The notes under the pieces are model-generated. The model saw only the letters and a program-made list of their open reading frames with translations. It was not told the DNA's origin and did no database searches. A stretch of DNA of 64,000 nt from Eledone cirrhosa (Eukaryota), in NCBI GenBank assembly GCA_964016885.1, contig OZ024754.1, positions 38,502,001 through 38,566,000 on the forward strand, written 5' to 3'. How positions within the stretch are numbered: the first letter of the stretch is position 1; every line of letters starts with the position of its first letter. Shown piece after piece: positions 12,785-27,954 of this stretch. Made by a program: the position numbers and the translations under genes.

Positions 12785-13995
12785 GTGTATACATGTGTGT
12801 GTGTGTTTCATTCTATACATGTGTGTGTGTGTTTCATTCTATACATGTGTGTGTGTGTTTCATTCTATACATGTGTGTGTGTGTTTCATTCTATACAATG
12901 TGTGTGTGTTTCATTCTATACATGTGTGTGTGTTTCATTTCTATACATGTGTGTGTGTGTTTCATTCTATACATGTGTGTGTTTCATTCTATACATGTGT
13001 GTGTGTGTGTTTCATTCTATACATGTGTCTGTGTGTTTCATTCTATACATGTGTGTGTGTTTCATTCTATACATGTGTGTGTGTTTCATTCTATACATGT
13101 GTGTGTGTGTTTCATTCTATACATGTGTGTGTGTGTGTGTTTCATTCTATACATGTGTGTGTGTGTTTCATTCCTATACATGTGTGTGTGTGTTTCATTC
13201 TATACATGTGTGTGTGTGTGTTTCATTCTATACATGTGTGTGTGTGTGTGTTTCATTCTATACATGTGTGTGTGTGTTTCATTCTATACATGTGTGTGTG
13301 TGTTTCATTCTATACATGTGTGTGTGTGTGTTTCATTCTATACATGTGTGTGTGTGTGTTTCATTCTATACATGTGTGTGTGTGTTTCGTTCTATACATG
13401 TGTGTGTGTGTTTCATTCTATACATGTGTGTGTGTGTTTCATTCTATACATGTGTGTGTGTGTTTTCATTCTATACATGTGTGTGTGTGTTTCATTCTAT
13501 ACATGTGTGTGTGTGTGTTTCATTCTATACATGTGTGTGTGTGTGTGTTTCATTCTATACGTGTGTGTGTGTGTGTTTCATTCTATACAGTGGTGTTGTG
13601 TTTATAATGTGTGTGTTTCATTCTATACATGTGTGTGTGTGTTTCATTCTATACATGTGTGTGTTTCATTCTATACATGTGTGTGTGTTTCATTCTATAC
13701 ATGTGTGTGTGTGTTTCATTCTATACATGTGTGTGTTTCATTCTATACATGTGTGTGTGTTTCATTCTATACATGTGTGTGTGTTTCATTCTATGAATGT
13801 GTGTGTGTTTCATTCTATGAATGTGTGTGTTTCATTCTATACATGTGTGTGTGTTTCATTCTATGAATGTGTGTGTGTGTGTGTTTCATTCTATACATGT
13901 GTGTGTTTCATTCTATACATGTGTGTGTATGTGTGTTTCATTCTATACATGTGTGTGTAGTGTGTGTGTGTGTTTCATTCTATGAATGTGTGTGT
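12785..13995. repeat. Minisatellite TTTCATTCTATACA(TG)n
   Basis: Constant core with variable TG number. Confidence 0.95.
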
Positions 13996-14119
13996 ATGTG
14001 ACTGGTGAAAAAATGTGAGATGTACCTGGTAACTATTCTATAGAGAGGTTGGTGGACTGTGACAGTGTGTGAGACTGTGTGAGTGACTACATGAGAGTGT
14101 GTGAATGTGTGTGTGACTG

Positions 14120-14457
14120 TGTGTGTGTGACTACTTACTGTACAGAAGTGTATGTTTATGTGTGTGTGTATGACTACTTACTGTACAGAAGTGTGTTTGT
14201 GTGTGTATGACTACTTACTGTACAGAAGTGTGTTTGTGCGTGTATGACTACTTACTGTACAGAAGTGTATGTTTGTGTGTGTGTGTGTGTGTGACTACTT
14301 ACTGTACAGAAGTGTGTTTGTTGTGTGTATGACTACTTACTGTACAGAAGTGTATGTTTATGTGTGTGTGTGTGTGTTGTGTGTGACTACTTACTGTACA
14401 GAAGTGTGTGTTTGTGTGTGTATGACTACTTACTGTACAGAAGTGTATGTTTGTGTG
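14120..14457. repeat. Minisatellite GACTACTTACTGTACAGAAGT(GT)n running into the gap
   Basis: Direct inspection. Confidence 0.9.
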
Positions 14458-14657
14458 NNNNNNNNNNNNNNNNNNNNNNNNNNNNNNNNNNNNNNNNNNN
14501 NNNNNNNNNNNNNNNNNNNNNNNNNNNNNNNNNNNNNNNNNNNNNNNNNNNNNNNNNNNNNNNNNNNNNNNNNNNNNNNNNNNNNNNNNNNNNNNNNNNN
14601 NNNNNNNNNNNNNNNNNNNNNNNNNNNNNNNNNNNNNNNNNNNNNNNNNNNNNNNNN
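14458..14657. other. Assembly gap (200 N)
   Basis: Run of N. True size unknown. Confidence 1.
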
Positions 14658-15310
<653 letters not shown>

Positions 15311-15349
15311 TCAATTATGTTCTTCCACTGGTATGACAGAGGACAACAT

Positions 15350-15850
15350 CACATCAGGACATGTCATAAACACATCAGGACATGTCGTAAACACATCAGG
15401 ACTTGTCGTAAACACATCAGGACTTGTCGTAAACACATCAGGACTTGTCGTAAACACATCAGGACTTGTCGTAAAGACATCAGGGCATGTCATAAAGACA
15501 TCAGGACATGTCATAAACACATCAGGACTTGTCGTAAACACATCAGGACTTGTCGTAAACACATCAGGACTTGTCGTAAACACATCAGGACTTGTCGTAA
15601 ACACATCAGGACTTGTCGTAAAGACATCAGGGCATGTCATAAAGACATCAGGACATGTCATAAACACATCAGGACATGTCATAAACACATCAGGACATGT
15701 CATAAAGACATCAGGACATGTCATAAACACATCATGACATGTCATAAATACATCAGAACATGTCGTAAACATGTCAGGATATGTCGTAAACACATCAGGA
15801 TGTCATAGACGCATCAAGACATGTCTTAAATATATCAGGATATGTCATAA
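15350..15850. repeat. 21-bp minisatellite (ACATCAGGACTTGTCGTAAAC)
   Basis: About 23 units, degenerate at the 3' end. Confidence 0.95.
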
Positions 15851-16219
15851 ATATTCACTTCATGCCAGAACAGTTACCTGCTCTTATTTATTCCTACAAT
15901 AGGGCAGTGAACTGGCAGAATCAGTGGAGCACTGGAGAAAATGCCTTGTGGTATTTGTTCTAGCTCTTTATGTTAAATCCCACTGAAGTTAACTTTGTCT
16001 TTCATCTTTCTGAGGTTGATAAAATTAAATACCAGTGAAGTACTGGGGGGTCAATTTAATTGACTTTGCTCTTCCCACATAATTGCTGGCCTTGAACCAA
16101 CATTAGAAAAGTTATTTATTTCAACATTAGGGCAGTGGTTTGACACAATCGGTAGAGTGTCACACAAATGCTTTGTGGTAATCGTTCAGGTTCTTTACAC
16201 GCTGAGTTCATATCCTACA

Positions 16220-16680
16220 AATTCCAGCCAACTGATTTCACAGCTACCAGTCATGGTACCAACCTGGTTGTGGATGTTAATCCTGTTCATGAAAATAATG
16301 AGCAGGACAGGTGACTGTACACACCCTTGGTGAAGTCCAAACTCCCATATTAAATGGTTTTGATTTAGCACCATTTATCTGAACACAAATACTCTGCCAT
16401 TTGTATAGAGACATTAGGGCAACTAGAAGCTGACCATTGATCTTATACTCCTGCAGAATCTTCCACAGCAGGTCCTGGGTAATGTTGTCATATGCCTTTT
16501 TGAGGTTTACAAAACAAGAATATACCTTTTGGCAATAAAGAACAGGATGACGATCCTATAACTCCCTGTGGAGTTGCAGAGGCACTGTTAGATGGTATGT
16601 CTAGGGCACTTTTAAACTTGGTGGAGCCCAACCCTTTCCAGGTCTGGACACAGCCAATTTTTTCTATAGAGGAAGAAACG
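16220..16680 (-). mobile_element. Degenerate RTE-like reverse transcriptase fragment
   Basis: Minus-strand motifs FVNLKKAYD and GLHQGCVQSPVLLIIFMNRI. Confidence 0.7.
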
Positions 16681-16949
16681 ACCCCAGTACTGGACTGGTA
16701 CTTTTTTTTATCAACCTTAAAAGGTTGAAAGGCAAAGTTGACCACAGCGGGATTTGAACTCAGTGCGCGCATGAGGTGGCATGAATACCGTAAAGCATTC
16801 TATCCGACGTCTTAACGACTCTGCCAATTTGCCGCAATACTCCCATGATTTCTTAAAGACCTGCTGTGTCCAGATGTGCTGTGTCCAGGGGTGAAAAAAC
16901 CACACTGTCTGTCAGTTTTTTGTTCTCTATCTTTCTGCTTTTTTTTTCA

Positions 16950-16994
<45 letters not shown>

Positions 16995-19906
16995 TCTCTC
17001 CCTCTTAATCTCTCTTTTTTCATTTTGTCCCCCTCTCCCTCTTTCTCCCATATATTTCTCTCACTATTTCCATTTTATTTTTCTTTCTTTCTCTTAATCT
17101 CATTTTCACATTTTGTTCTCTCTCTCTCTCTCTCTCTCTCCCCCCCTTTCCCTGTGTTTGACTCTCTTTCTCTCCCTTGTCTTTTGTTCCCTCTCACATC
17201 TCTTGGCTCTCTTAAACTTCTTTGTTTTTTTCCACTTTACCTCCTCCTATATCACTTTACCTCACCCTATCTCTCTCTCTTTACCTCACCCTATCTCTCT
17301 CTCTTTACCTCACCCTATCTCTCTCTCTTTACCTCACCCTCTCTCTCTTTACCTCACCCTCTCTCTCTTTACCTCACCCTCTCTCTTTAACTCACCCTCT
17401 CTCTCTTTAACTCACCCTCTCTCTCTCTATTCACCACTCGCTCTCTCTCTCTTTACCTCACCCTCTCTCTCTTTACCTCACCCCCTCTCTCTTTAACCTC
17501 CCCTCTTTCCTGTTTTGTTTTAACTGAACCAATAACTTATCACTGTAATCTCTGGAAATATTCCAGCAGATCAATATTTTGTCCTTGAGAATTGGTTTTT
17601 ATTTTTGTCCTGTCTCTTAACAGTCAGGTTACTTCCTACTCTTAACTTTTCTTTTTATCTCTCTATATTTAAATACTACACACACCATACACACACTCAC
17701 GTGTACAGCACATACACCACATACACATCACACACACACACCATACATTCACACCATACACTCACACCATACACTCACACCATACACACACACCATACAC
17801 ACACACAGTAGACATCACACACACACACACATACAGATTCGTACATACATGTTTACCCAGCTATATATGTATATATATATGTATGTAAGTGTGTGTGTGT
17901 AAGTGTGTGTTTGTGCCTGTGTGTATGTACACATACATACACACATGTACATATATGCTTCTATTTCCCACCAATGTTATGTATGCAGCATTGCAGTCTT
18001 GTGGCTGTTTCCAGCCTTAACCAATTTCCTCATACAAACCCCACTAATTTCTACTCTCATATATCTAACTAGCTCCTATGTCTCCCTCCCTCTTTTACAG
18101 TAGTTGTTCTAACTCTTTACATTCTGAGTTCAAGCCCCACTGAGGTCAACTCTGCTGTTCATCCTTCTGAAGTTGATATAAAAGGAACGATCGACTTTCA
18201 TCAAGTCGGACCGAGGAAACAATGTTTCCGTTGGTCTATCCAGTTGCTAATACTATCTATCAGTCGCAACTCCAGGTAGAAGGAGCAACGTGAAATAAAG
18301 TATCTTGCTCAAGGACATAACGCATCGCCCAATACAGGAATTGAACTCACAGCCTCACGATTGTGAATCCTATTCTCTAACCACCCAGCCACACACCTTC
18401 ACTCAACTGTGAAGTTGATATAATAAAGTAGTAATGGGGTCGATTTAATTTACTTTCCCTTCTTCCCCCAAAACTTGTTGACCTTGTATCTAAATGAGAA
18501 ACCCTTATTGTTCTATTTGGTATTTGTTTGGTGTCTGTCACCTGGGATGAATGAAAGGCTTAGTTGACCTCAGTGGGATTTGAACTCCCGAACACAGTAG
18601 GTCATAACTAAATACCCCCCGCCCCCACCCCACCACCACCACCGCCACGGGGTGAAGTGGTGTTACAGCACATCTCCCTCACTGTCATCTGAGGCAATGT
18701 CTTCTCCATCCTGTTAACCGGGACCCAGGGGTGGAGGGTAAGTCAGTTGGTGGTGGAGGATACTCATTTGGATGTCATTTCTACAACTAAAGTATTTTTA
18801 TATTTATACAACTGTGAATTGATTGTTTTACTTAGTCCAGTGCATAAAACCACAAAGTATTATGTCTGATGCTCTAACAACTCTGCCAACAGACCATTGT
18901 TTCTACTTTAGGCACAAGGCCAGCAATATGGGGGAAGGGGAAATCAATTAAATTGCCCCCAGTGCATTACTGGTGCTTTATTTCATTGACCACTGTCAGA
19001 CCATTGTTTCTACTTTAGGCACAAGGCCAGCAATTTGGGGGAAGGGAAAATCAATTAAATTGACCCCCAGTGCATTACTGGTGCTTTATTTCATTGACCA
19101 CTGTCAGACCATTGTTTCTACTTTAGGCACAAGGCCAGCAATTTGGGGGAAGGGAAAATCAATTAAATTGACCCCCAGTGCATTACTGGTGCTTTATTTC
19201 ATTGACCACTGTAAGGATGAAAGACAAAGCTAACTTTGGCGGGATTTGAACTCAGAATGTAAAAGCCCTCAACTCTATGCTGCAAAGCGTCTGACGCTCT
19301 ACCAACACTGCCAAACCACCACCCTAAGACCATCCTATAATAATGGTTTCTGAGTTAGGTACAAGGCCAACAATTTGGTGGGATGGGAAAGTCGATTAAA
19401 TTGACCCCAGTGCATTACTGGTGCTTTATTTCATCGACCACTGTGTGCATGAAAGGCAAAGCTAACCGTGGCGTATTTGAACCCAGAACGTAAAGGGCCA
19501 TAACTCTGTGCTGCAAAGCATGGTGTTTGACACTCTACCCATACTGCCAATCCACTACCCTTAGACCCTCCTATAATAACGATAATAAACAGTCAGTTTC
19601 GACACATTGAAAACTAGTATGACAAAGTGGATTTAAGCGTTTATCATTTACATTATTCTATATTTACTTTTGTATTTTCATGGTAAAGGCTTTATCTCAC
19701 ATATTATCTAATCTATGAGATTTGGTGATTATTTATTTTGAGAAAAATACCTTAACATCAGTGTGAGTAGCAAGTTATGGCTGGTTTGAACAGAAAGAAG
19801 TGAGAGAGTTCTGGCTGGATACGACCGGTTTAAATGCTAAAGGGTTAATATTTTTAAAATGAAAAATCTTACTAGATTTTCAATGAATTTCTTTGTTTAT
19901 TTTCAG

Positions 19907-19996
19907 GGATCAAAACGAGTACTTCGATCAAATGAAATTCTTGTTCCCCCAGCTGGTTTACTCGAATGTGAACTTGATCTATCCTTCTCATTACAG
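19907..19996 (+). CDS. PACS: PACS homologue exon B
   Basis: tttcag| ... CAG|gtaaat, 90 bp. [30 protein letters not shown] versus PACS1 [30 protein letters not shown]. In frame with exons A and C. Confidence 0.96.
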
Positions 19997-21113
19997 GTAA
20001 ATCTTACACTTTTCCTTCATACTTTCACCTTCTTCTCATGTGAACAGTCCATAAATTCAGGAGTTAAACTGCTGCAATCCGCTATTTTCAAATATACCAG
20101 CCACCCAATCATCATCATCATCATCATCATCATCATACAGCTGATTTCCATGCTGGTATGGTTTGGATGGCTCACCAATGTCTTAGACTAGTTGAGATTT
20201 TGATATTATTTATTTTGAGAACAATACCTTAACATCAATATGAGTAGCAAGTTACGGCTGGTTTAAACAGAAAGAGGTGAGGTTTAAACAGAAAGAGGTG
20301 AGAGAATTCTGGCCTGATATGGCCGGTTTAAACACAAAAGGGTTAAATATTGTAGTGCTGGTACTTGTAGGCAATGACCCTTCATGAAGCTTACCAATAC
20401 TAGTATTGGTGTACAGATCTTTTCTAGTACAGCAAGTTACCAGTCAGAGCAATCATGTACCATCTCTTTCATGAGGTTCAGTTTCTTAACCCTTTAGCAT
20501 TTACATTACTCTATATTTACTATTATATTTTCACGGTAAAGGCCTCACATAATTATCTCACATAATATCGAATCTATGAGATTTTGATATTATTTATTTT
20601 GAGAACAATACCTTAACATCAGTATGAGCAGCTGTTTAGAGCCAGTTTGAACAGAAAGAGGTGAGAGAATTCTGGCCGGATATGGGTGGTTTAAATGCTT
20701 ATGGGTTAAGTTAATTCTTCACAACTTTGTCCAGCGACTTTGTTGGTTTCCCTCTTTCATGGTTTCCATCTACTTCTAGTGCTCGGTCCCTCTTTATCCA
20801 ACTCTTGCTCTTCTTATGCATCACGTGTCTATACCAGCACAATCATCTGTCATGAACCCCACATCTGATTCCTCTTATACTCAGCTTTTCTCTCACTCAT
20901 TCTGTAAAATTTCAGATAAGGATTTTTTTTTTTTTTTTTGAAAGAAACAAGTCAAAACCAAATATTTTTTCATACATTTATGGTTCAGCAATAATTAAAT
21001 TAGCAATGTACTCATATTATTGCTTATTCATGTGTTCTAAATATGTAAAGTTCATAAATAAATAAATAGAAGATCAACATAAGTAGACATGGAAGGCCTG
21101 GCTGGCTTCTCTC

Positions 21114-21148
<35 letters not shown>

Positions 21149-21721
21149 TTTATGTCCGCTTTTCCCTGCTTGCAAGGGTTGGATGTAAAATATAGCTAAC
21201 ACTAGAATATAGCAAGTTTACTGGTGGAGGCGGAATATATGTATGAGAGTATATTACCATCAATAATTGTTTCTACTTTTGGCACAAGGCCAGCAATTAC
21301 CCAGTGCATTACTGGTACTTTATTTTATCGACCCCGTAAGGATGAAAGGCAAAGTCAACCTCGGCGGGATTTGAACTCAGATCGTAAAGCGACGTAACTA
21401 TGCTGGAAAGCATGGCGTCCGATGATGGTAATATAAGGCCAGCAATTATCCCAGTGTATTACTGGTGCTTTATTTTATCAACCCTGTAAGGATGAAAGGC
21501 AGTGTTAATCTATCATTAATAATGATGATATGTATTAGAGGTGTATATAAACTATATACATCATCATCATCATCATCGTCTAACGTCTATTTTCCATGCT
21601 AGCATGGGTTAGACTGGTTGTCCTGTTTGAGGCATGTCGGGTCAGGTGACCGTCATGTCTTGCTCATACAGAACTGTTTCTGGCTTGGGCTCTTCGGCTG
21701 GATGCCCTTCCTAACACCAAC

Positions 21722-22128
21722 CACATTTACAGTGTGGGCTGGATGCTTTGTTATGACACACCTACTCGACCACTTTACAGTGTGGACTGGGTGCTTTTTG
21801 TCGTGACACCTACACGACCACTTTACAGTGTGTGCCAGGTGCTTTTTGTTGTGACACCTACAGGACCACTTTACAGTGTGAGCTGGGTGCTTTTTGTTGT
21901 GACACCTACTCGACCACTTTACAGTGTGGACTGGATGCTTTTTGTCGTGACATCTACATGACCACTTTACAGTGTGTGCCAGGTGCTTTTTGTTGTGACA
22001 CCTACACGACCACTTTACAGTGTGAGCTGGGTGCTTTTTGTTGTGACACGTAAACAACTACTTTACAGTGATGACTGGGTGCTTTTTGTTGTGACACCTA
22101 CACGACCACTTTACAGTGTGTGCCAGGT
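21722..22128. repeat. About 46-bp tandem amplification of a SINE-B body segment
   Basis: CCACTTTACAGTGTG..GGTGCTTTTTGTTGTGACACCTAC repeats directly following CTGGATGCCCTTCCTAACACCAACC. Confidence 0.8.
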
Positions 22129-22989
22129 GACAAAGCAGTCCATTTTACAGTATTCAGATCTTTATTTAAAACATGCCAACATAATTTTGTCGTCTTAACA
22201 CTGACTTAATGAAAAAATTATGTTCTTCTGAAATTTTGATTATCTTCAAAATTATCATTATCATCATCACCATTGATTTTATGATGACTTTGCTGACTGG
22301 CATGGGTTAGACAGGATAACGGACATAGCAATTTATTTGTGCCCTCAGCTGGGCTTTTTAGTTTTTGGACAGGTTAGAATTTTTGAATTCAACCTGTATC
22401 AATACCAATTAGTCGTACCAAGGTAAGTTTGATATGCAAAATTGGGGTGTTTGCTGTATATTCTAAATCTTTGTGTATGAGGACCCACCAAAAAGAAAGA
22501 AAAAAAAAACCTGAAGTGTCCTGGGCCTATTCTAAACTAGATTCACAAATTAATTGAAACATATTCAATGTATTTCATGAGAAATATAGTAGGGGCCTGA
22601 CCGACTGCTTCTTCTTTGTACTGGTCCCCATTGAGACCTCTGCTGTCCTTGGTCCCTACACTGCTCATTTCCTTTGTAAAATAAGAAAGATGGCAGCCAG
22701 CTTGAGGTGGATGTCCACATAAGGTGGGGTTGTTGCAGTGGCTGTCTCTGACCATTCTCCACTGTCTGCAGGCATCGCTAAGGCACCACTCACACCTGGC
22801 TGTAATGTCTGTCCCTTCCTTTCTTTCATTGCTTCATTCTTTTGTCCCCCCCCCCCCCTCTCTTCCACTTCTCTCTCTCTTTATCTCCCCATCTTCCCCT
22901 CCTTTCCTCCCTTTCCACATCTCCCCCTCCACCCTCCCTCTCGTCTCCCTCTCCCCACCACCACCCCTTCTATCCCCCTCTCCACCCCC

Positions 22990-24656
22990 CATTCTATATA
23001 TCTCCATGTCCCCACTCTATATATCTCCATGTCCCCATTCTATATATCTCCATGTCCCCACTCTATATATCTCCATATCTCCACTCTATATATCTCCATG
23101 TCCCCACTCTATATATCTCCATGTCCCCACTCTATATATCTCCACATCTCCACTCTATATAGCTCCACGTCTCCACTCTATATATCTCCATGTCCCCACT
23201 CTATATATCTCCATGTCCCCACTCTATATATCTCCACGTCCCCACTCTATATATCTCCATGTCCCCACTCTATATATCTCCACGTCCCCACTCTATATAT
23301 CTCCATGTCCCCACTCTATATATCTCCATGTCCCCACTCTATATATCTCCATGTCCCCACTCTATATATCTCCATGTCCCCACTCTATATATCTCCACGT
23401 CCCCACTCTATATATCTCCATGTCCCCACTCTATATATCTCCACGTCCCCATTCTATATATCTCCACGTCCCCACTCTATATATCTCCATGTCCCCACTC
23501 TATATATCTCCATGTCTCCACTCTATATATCTCCATGTCCCTACTCTATATATCTCCACATCTCCACTCTATATATCTCCATGTCCCCATTCTATATATC
23601 TCCATGTCCCCACTCTATATATCTCCATGTCTCCACTCTATATATCTCCATGTCTCCACTCTATATATCTCCACATCTCCACTCTATATATCTCCATGTC
23701 CCCATTCTATATATCTCCATGTCCCCACTCTATATATCTCCATATCTCCACTCTATATATCTCCACAACTCCATGTCTCCACTCTATATATCTCCATGTC
23801 CCTACTCTATATATCTCCACATCTCCACTCTATATATCTCCACGTCCCCACTCTATATATCTCCATGTCCCTACTCTATATATCTCCACATCTCCACTCT
23901 ATATATCTCCACGTCCCCACTCTATATATCTCCATGTCCCTACTCTATATATGTCCCCACTCTATATATCTCCACATCTCCACTCTATATATCTCCACAT
24001 CTCCATGTCCCCACTCTATATATCTCCACATCTCCACTCTATATATCTCCATGTCCCCACTCTATATATCTCCATGTCTCCACTCTATATATCTCCATGT
24101 CCCTACTCTATATATCTCCACATCTCCATGTCCCCACTCTATATATCTCCACATCTCCACTCTATATATCTCCATGACCCCACTCTATATATCTCCACAT
24201 CTCCACTCTATATATCTCCACGTCTCCACTCTATATATCTCCACATTTCCACTCTATATATCTCCACATCCTCACTCTATATATCTCCATGTCCCCACTC
24301 TATATATCTCCATGTCCCCACTCTATATATCTCCATATCTCCACTCTATATATCTCCATATCTCCACTCTATATATCTCCATATCTCCACTCTATATATC
24401 TCCATGTCCCCACTCTATATATCTCCATGTCCCCACTCTATATATCTCCACATCTCCACTCTATATATCTCCACATCTCCACTCTATATATCTCCATGTC
24501 CCCACTCTAGATATCTCCACATCTCCACTCTATATATCTCCACATCTCCACTCTATATATCTCCTGTCCCCACTCTATATATCTCCTGTCCCCACTCTAT
24601 ATATCTCCACATCTCCACTCTATATATCTCCATGTCCCCACTCTATATATCTCCAT
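22990..24656. repeat. 23-bp minisatellite (CTCCATGTCCCCACTCTATATAT)
   Basis: About 70 units. Confidence 0.95.
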
Positions 24657-24785
24657 CAGTCCATCTTTAAACAGGAACTCTTTAACAACTTTCCACGTTT
24701 CTCACATCACTTTTATACTGGTTCACCTCACTTCTTTCTTTCTCTATTGCTATGTCGTGCAGGCATGTGTGTGTATACACGTGTG

Positions 24786-24824
<39 letters not shown>

Positions 24825-25073
24825 ATGTATACATGTATGTGTGTGTGTGTGGTATGTATACATGTATATATATGTATGTGTGTATGTATACATGTATATA
24901 TATATATGTGTGTGTATGTATATATGTGTATATATGTGTGTGTGTATGTATACATGTATATATGTACGTGTTTATGTATACATGTATATATATGTGTGTG
25001 TATGTATATATGTGTGTGTGTATGTATACATGTATGTGTGTGTAGTATGTATATATATATGTGTGTGTGTATG

Positions 25074-25123
<50 letters not shown>

Positions 25124-25252
25124 TTAGCCGTCGAAACGGCTTGAGCTCAGCTGTCGGGGTCTTACTGGTTCCTATTACCCACTCTACTACCTCAAGTATT
25201 GAGTACTTTGGTGCGTTATGGTCCACCTGGTTCCTTACCACATTTCCTTCGT

Positions 25253-25293
<41 letters not shown>

Positions 25294-25406
25294 ATGTATA
25301 CATGTATATATGTACGTGTGTATGTATACATGTATATGTGTGTGTGTGTATGTATATATGTGTGTTTACATGCATATATGTGTGTGTGTGTACATACATG
25401 TGTGTG

Positions 25407-25437
<31 letters not shown>

Positions 25438-25574
25438 TTTAGTATTTGACTAATAAGAAAACAATGTGTTGTTGCTAAGTGATGTCTGAACTATAATTCT
25501 TAGTTGTTCCTTTAACCTCTGTTAGCACTCACTGTTTCTTAGTCTGGCTTCATTCTTTGAAGAGAGAAACATGA

Positions 25575-26935
25575 TGATGGTGGCGGAGGGGATGGTGGCT
25601 ATAGTGGTGGTGGTGGCGGAGGGGATGGTGGCTATAGTGGTGGTGGTGGCGGAGGGGATGGTGGCTATAGTAGTGGTGGCGGAGGGGATGGTGGCTATAG
25701 TGGTGGTGGTGGTGCAGGGGATGGTGGCTATAGTGGTGGTGGTGGAGGGGATGGTGGCTATAGTGGTGGTGGTGGAGGGGATGGTGGCTATAGTGGTGGT
25801 GGTGGCGGAGGGGATGGTGGCTATAGTGGTGGTGGTGGTGGAGGGGATGGTGGCTATAGTGGTGGTGGTGGTGGAGGGGATGGTGGCTATAGTGGTGGTG
25901 GTGGTGGAGGGGATGGTGGCTATAGTGGTGGTGGTGGCGGAGGGGATGGTGGCTATAGTGGTGGTGGCGGAGGGGATGGTGGCTATAGTGGTGGTGGTGG
26001 CGGAGGGGATGGTGGCTATAGTGGTGGTGGTGGAGGGGATGGTGGCTATAGTGGTGGTGGTGGAGGGGATGGTGGTTATAGTGGTGGTGGTGGAGGGGAT
26101 GGTGGCTATAGTGGTGGTGGTGGTGGAGGGGATGGTGGCTATAGTGGTGGTGGTGGTGGAGGGGATGGTGGCTATAGTGGTGGTGGTGGCGGAGGGGATG
26201 GTGGCTATAGTGGTGGTGGTGGTGGAGGGGATGGTGGCTATAGTGGTGGTGGTGGTGGTGGTGCAGGGGATGGTGGCTATAGTGGTGGTGGTGGAGGGGA
26301 TGGTGGCTATAGTGGTGATGGTGGTGCAGGGGATGGTGGCTATAGTGGTGGTGGTGGTGGAGGGGATGGTGGCTATAGTGGTGGTGGTGGTGCAGGGGAT
26401 GGTGGCTATAGTGGTGGTGGTGGTGCAGGGGATGGTGGTTATAGTGGTGGTGGTGCAGGGGATGGTGGCTATAGTGGTGGTGGTGGCAGTGGATGTGTTG
26501 GTAGTGTTGGTGTTGGCAGTGGTGGTGTTGTTGGTAGTGGTGGTGTTGGTGGTGTTGGTAGTGTTGGTGGTAGTGGTGGTGTTGGTGGCAGTGGTGGTGT
26601 TGGTGGTAGTGGAGGTGTTGGCAGTGGTGGTATTGGTGGTGGTGGTGTTGGCAGTGTTGTTGGTGGCAGTGGTGGTGTTGGCAATGGTGGTGGTGTTGGT
26701 AGTGGTGGTGTTGGCAGCGGTGGTATTGGTGGTGGTGGTGTTGGCAGTGTTGTTGGTGGCAGTGGTGGCAGTGGTGGTGTTGGCAGTGGTGGTGGTGTTG
26801 GTAGTGGTGGTGTTGGCAATGGTGGTGGTGTTGGCAGTGTTGTTGGTGGTGGTGGTGTTGGTAGTGGAGGTGTTGGCAGTGGTGGTATTGGCAGTGGTGG
26901 TGTTGGTGGTTGTGGAGGTGTTTGCAGTGGTAGTG
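25575..26935. repeat. 30-33-bp GGAGGGGATGGTGGCTATAGT(GGT)n minisatellite grading into a GGT/GTT/GCA tract
   Basis: Direct inspection. Confidence 0.95.
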
Positions 26936-27792
26936 TTCAACATGTAGTAATAGGAACTAGTTGTTTTCTCTGCTATCAAACTGACATCCTCTCATATACA
27001 GATGTCTTTTGCATTTTTTTGGAGTAATTTTCTTCGTGATGTAGCTTATATGTAATACTGTAAAATACAATTTGTATTTGTAAATTCCAAAGATCTGTTA
27101 AGGATTGGCAGAGGTTTTAGGGCGTCATGTAGAGTGTTTTCTGGTATTCCTTCTGGCTTTTTACATTGTGTTCAAATTCTGCCCAGGTCAACTGTGCTTT
27201 TCATCCTTCCAAGGTTGATAACATAAACTATGAGTTCAGTACTGGTTGATTTAAATTGGCTTTCTCCTTACCCCCAAAATTGCTGACTTTGTGGCCAGAG
27301 CCTCCAAGAGAAATTTTGCAAGGCAGTAAAAGACTCTTTTGGGGCCCAAAGCAGGCAAAGATATTTTTTCAAAATGGATGTCGCACGGTTGCTGTGTGAC
27401 CTTCTTAGCTCTTGGACCCCAGAACAAAGTACCGACTGGACGCCCCCCCCCCCTTCTCATATGCCCTGCGCATGGCCTTGTGCCTATGTTAGTGAACAAG
27501 TTCTTCATTTCTGTTGTGGAGACATTGAAGGAGGTCATGACAAGACTAGGAGAATTTACTTAGTTGCTTGAATTTCACGCGTTTTAATCCTAAATATTTA
27601 ATAACAATGTCCCATATTTGCTGGCCTATATTTTATGTTATGTTTTGACAGTTATAAACATTTTATGGATCACCTCCAATATTTGCGGCTTTTCACTCTT
27701 CGCGGGTGCTCTAGGAACATAAGCTCCGCAAATATACAACTGTATATATATATATATATTGGAAAATGTGTGAGATCCTTGGTACAGTTAGG

Positions 27793-27954
27793 TATATTTG
27801 AAAAAAAAGGAAAAGAATGACTTCACTTGTAGTGCTAAATAATTTATTTTAATTTTATAATATTTCTACCAACTCATAATATTATAATATAAAATTAAAT
27901 CAAATTATTTAGCATTACAAGTGAAGTCATTCTTTTTCTTTTCTTTCAAATATA
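27793..27954. repeat. AT-rich palindrome between TA runs
   Basis: GAATGACTTCACTTGTAGTGCTAAATAATTT versus AAATTATTTAGCATTACAAGTGAAGTCATTC. Confidence 0.8.

Noticed and set aside
11232-13960. Multiple 300-490-aa ORFs and a CRISPR-like repeat/spacer appearance
   Set aside because: Eukaryotic minisatellites. The spacers are only variable (TG)n, not unique sequences, and there are no cas genes.
22543-22830. More GC-rich unique-looking segment with short minus-strand ORFs
   Set aside because: Possibly a very old non-LTR fragment, but no motif could be identified with confidence.
25522-26979. Thr-rich mucin-like ORF (-) and Gly-rich GGDGGYSGGG frame (+)
   Set aside because: Minisatellite with unit lengths divisible by 3, so open in several frames on both strands. 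No signal peptide or splice support. Expression is not formally excluded.
27560-27745. Possible Tigger/pogo-like 3' terminus ending CTGTA
   Set aside because: No matching second TIR is visible, and the similarity is only from memory.
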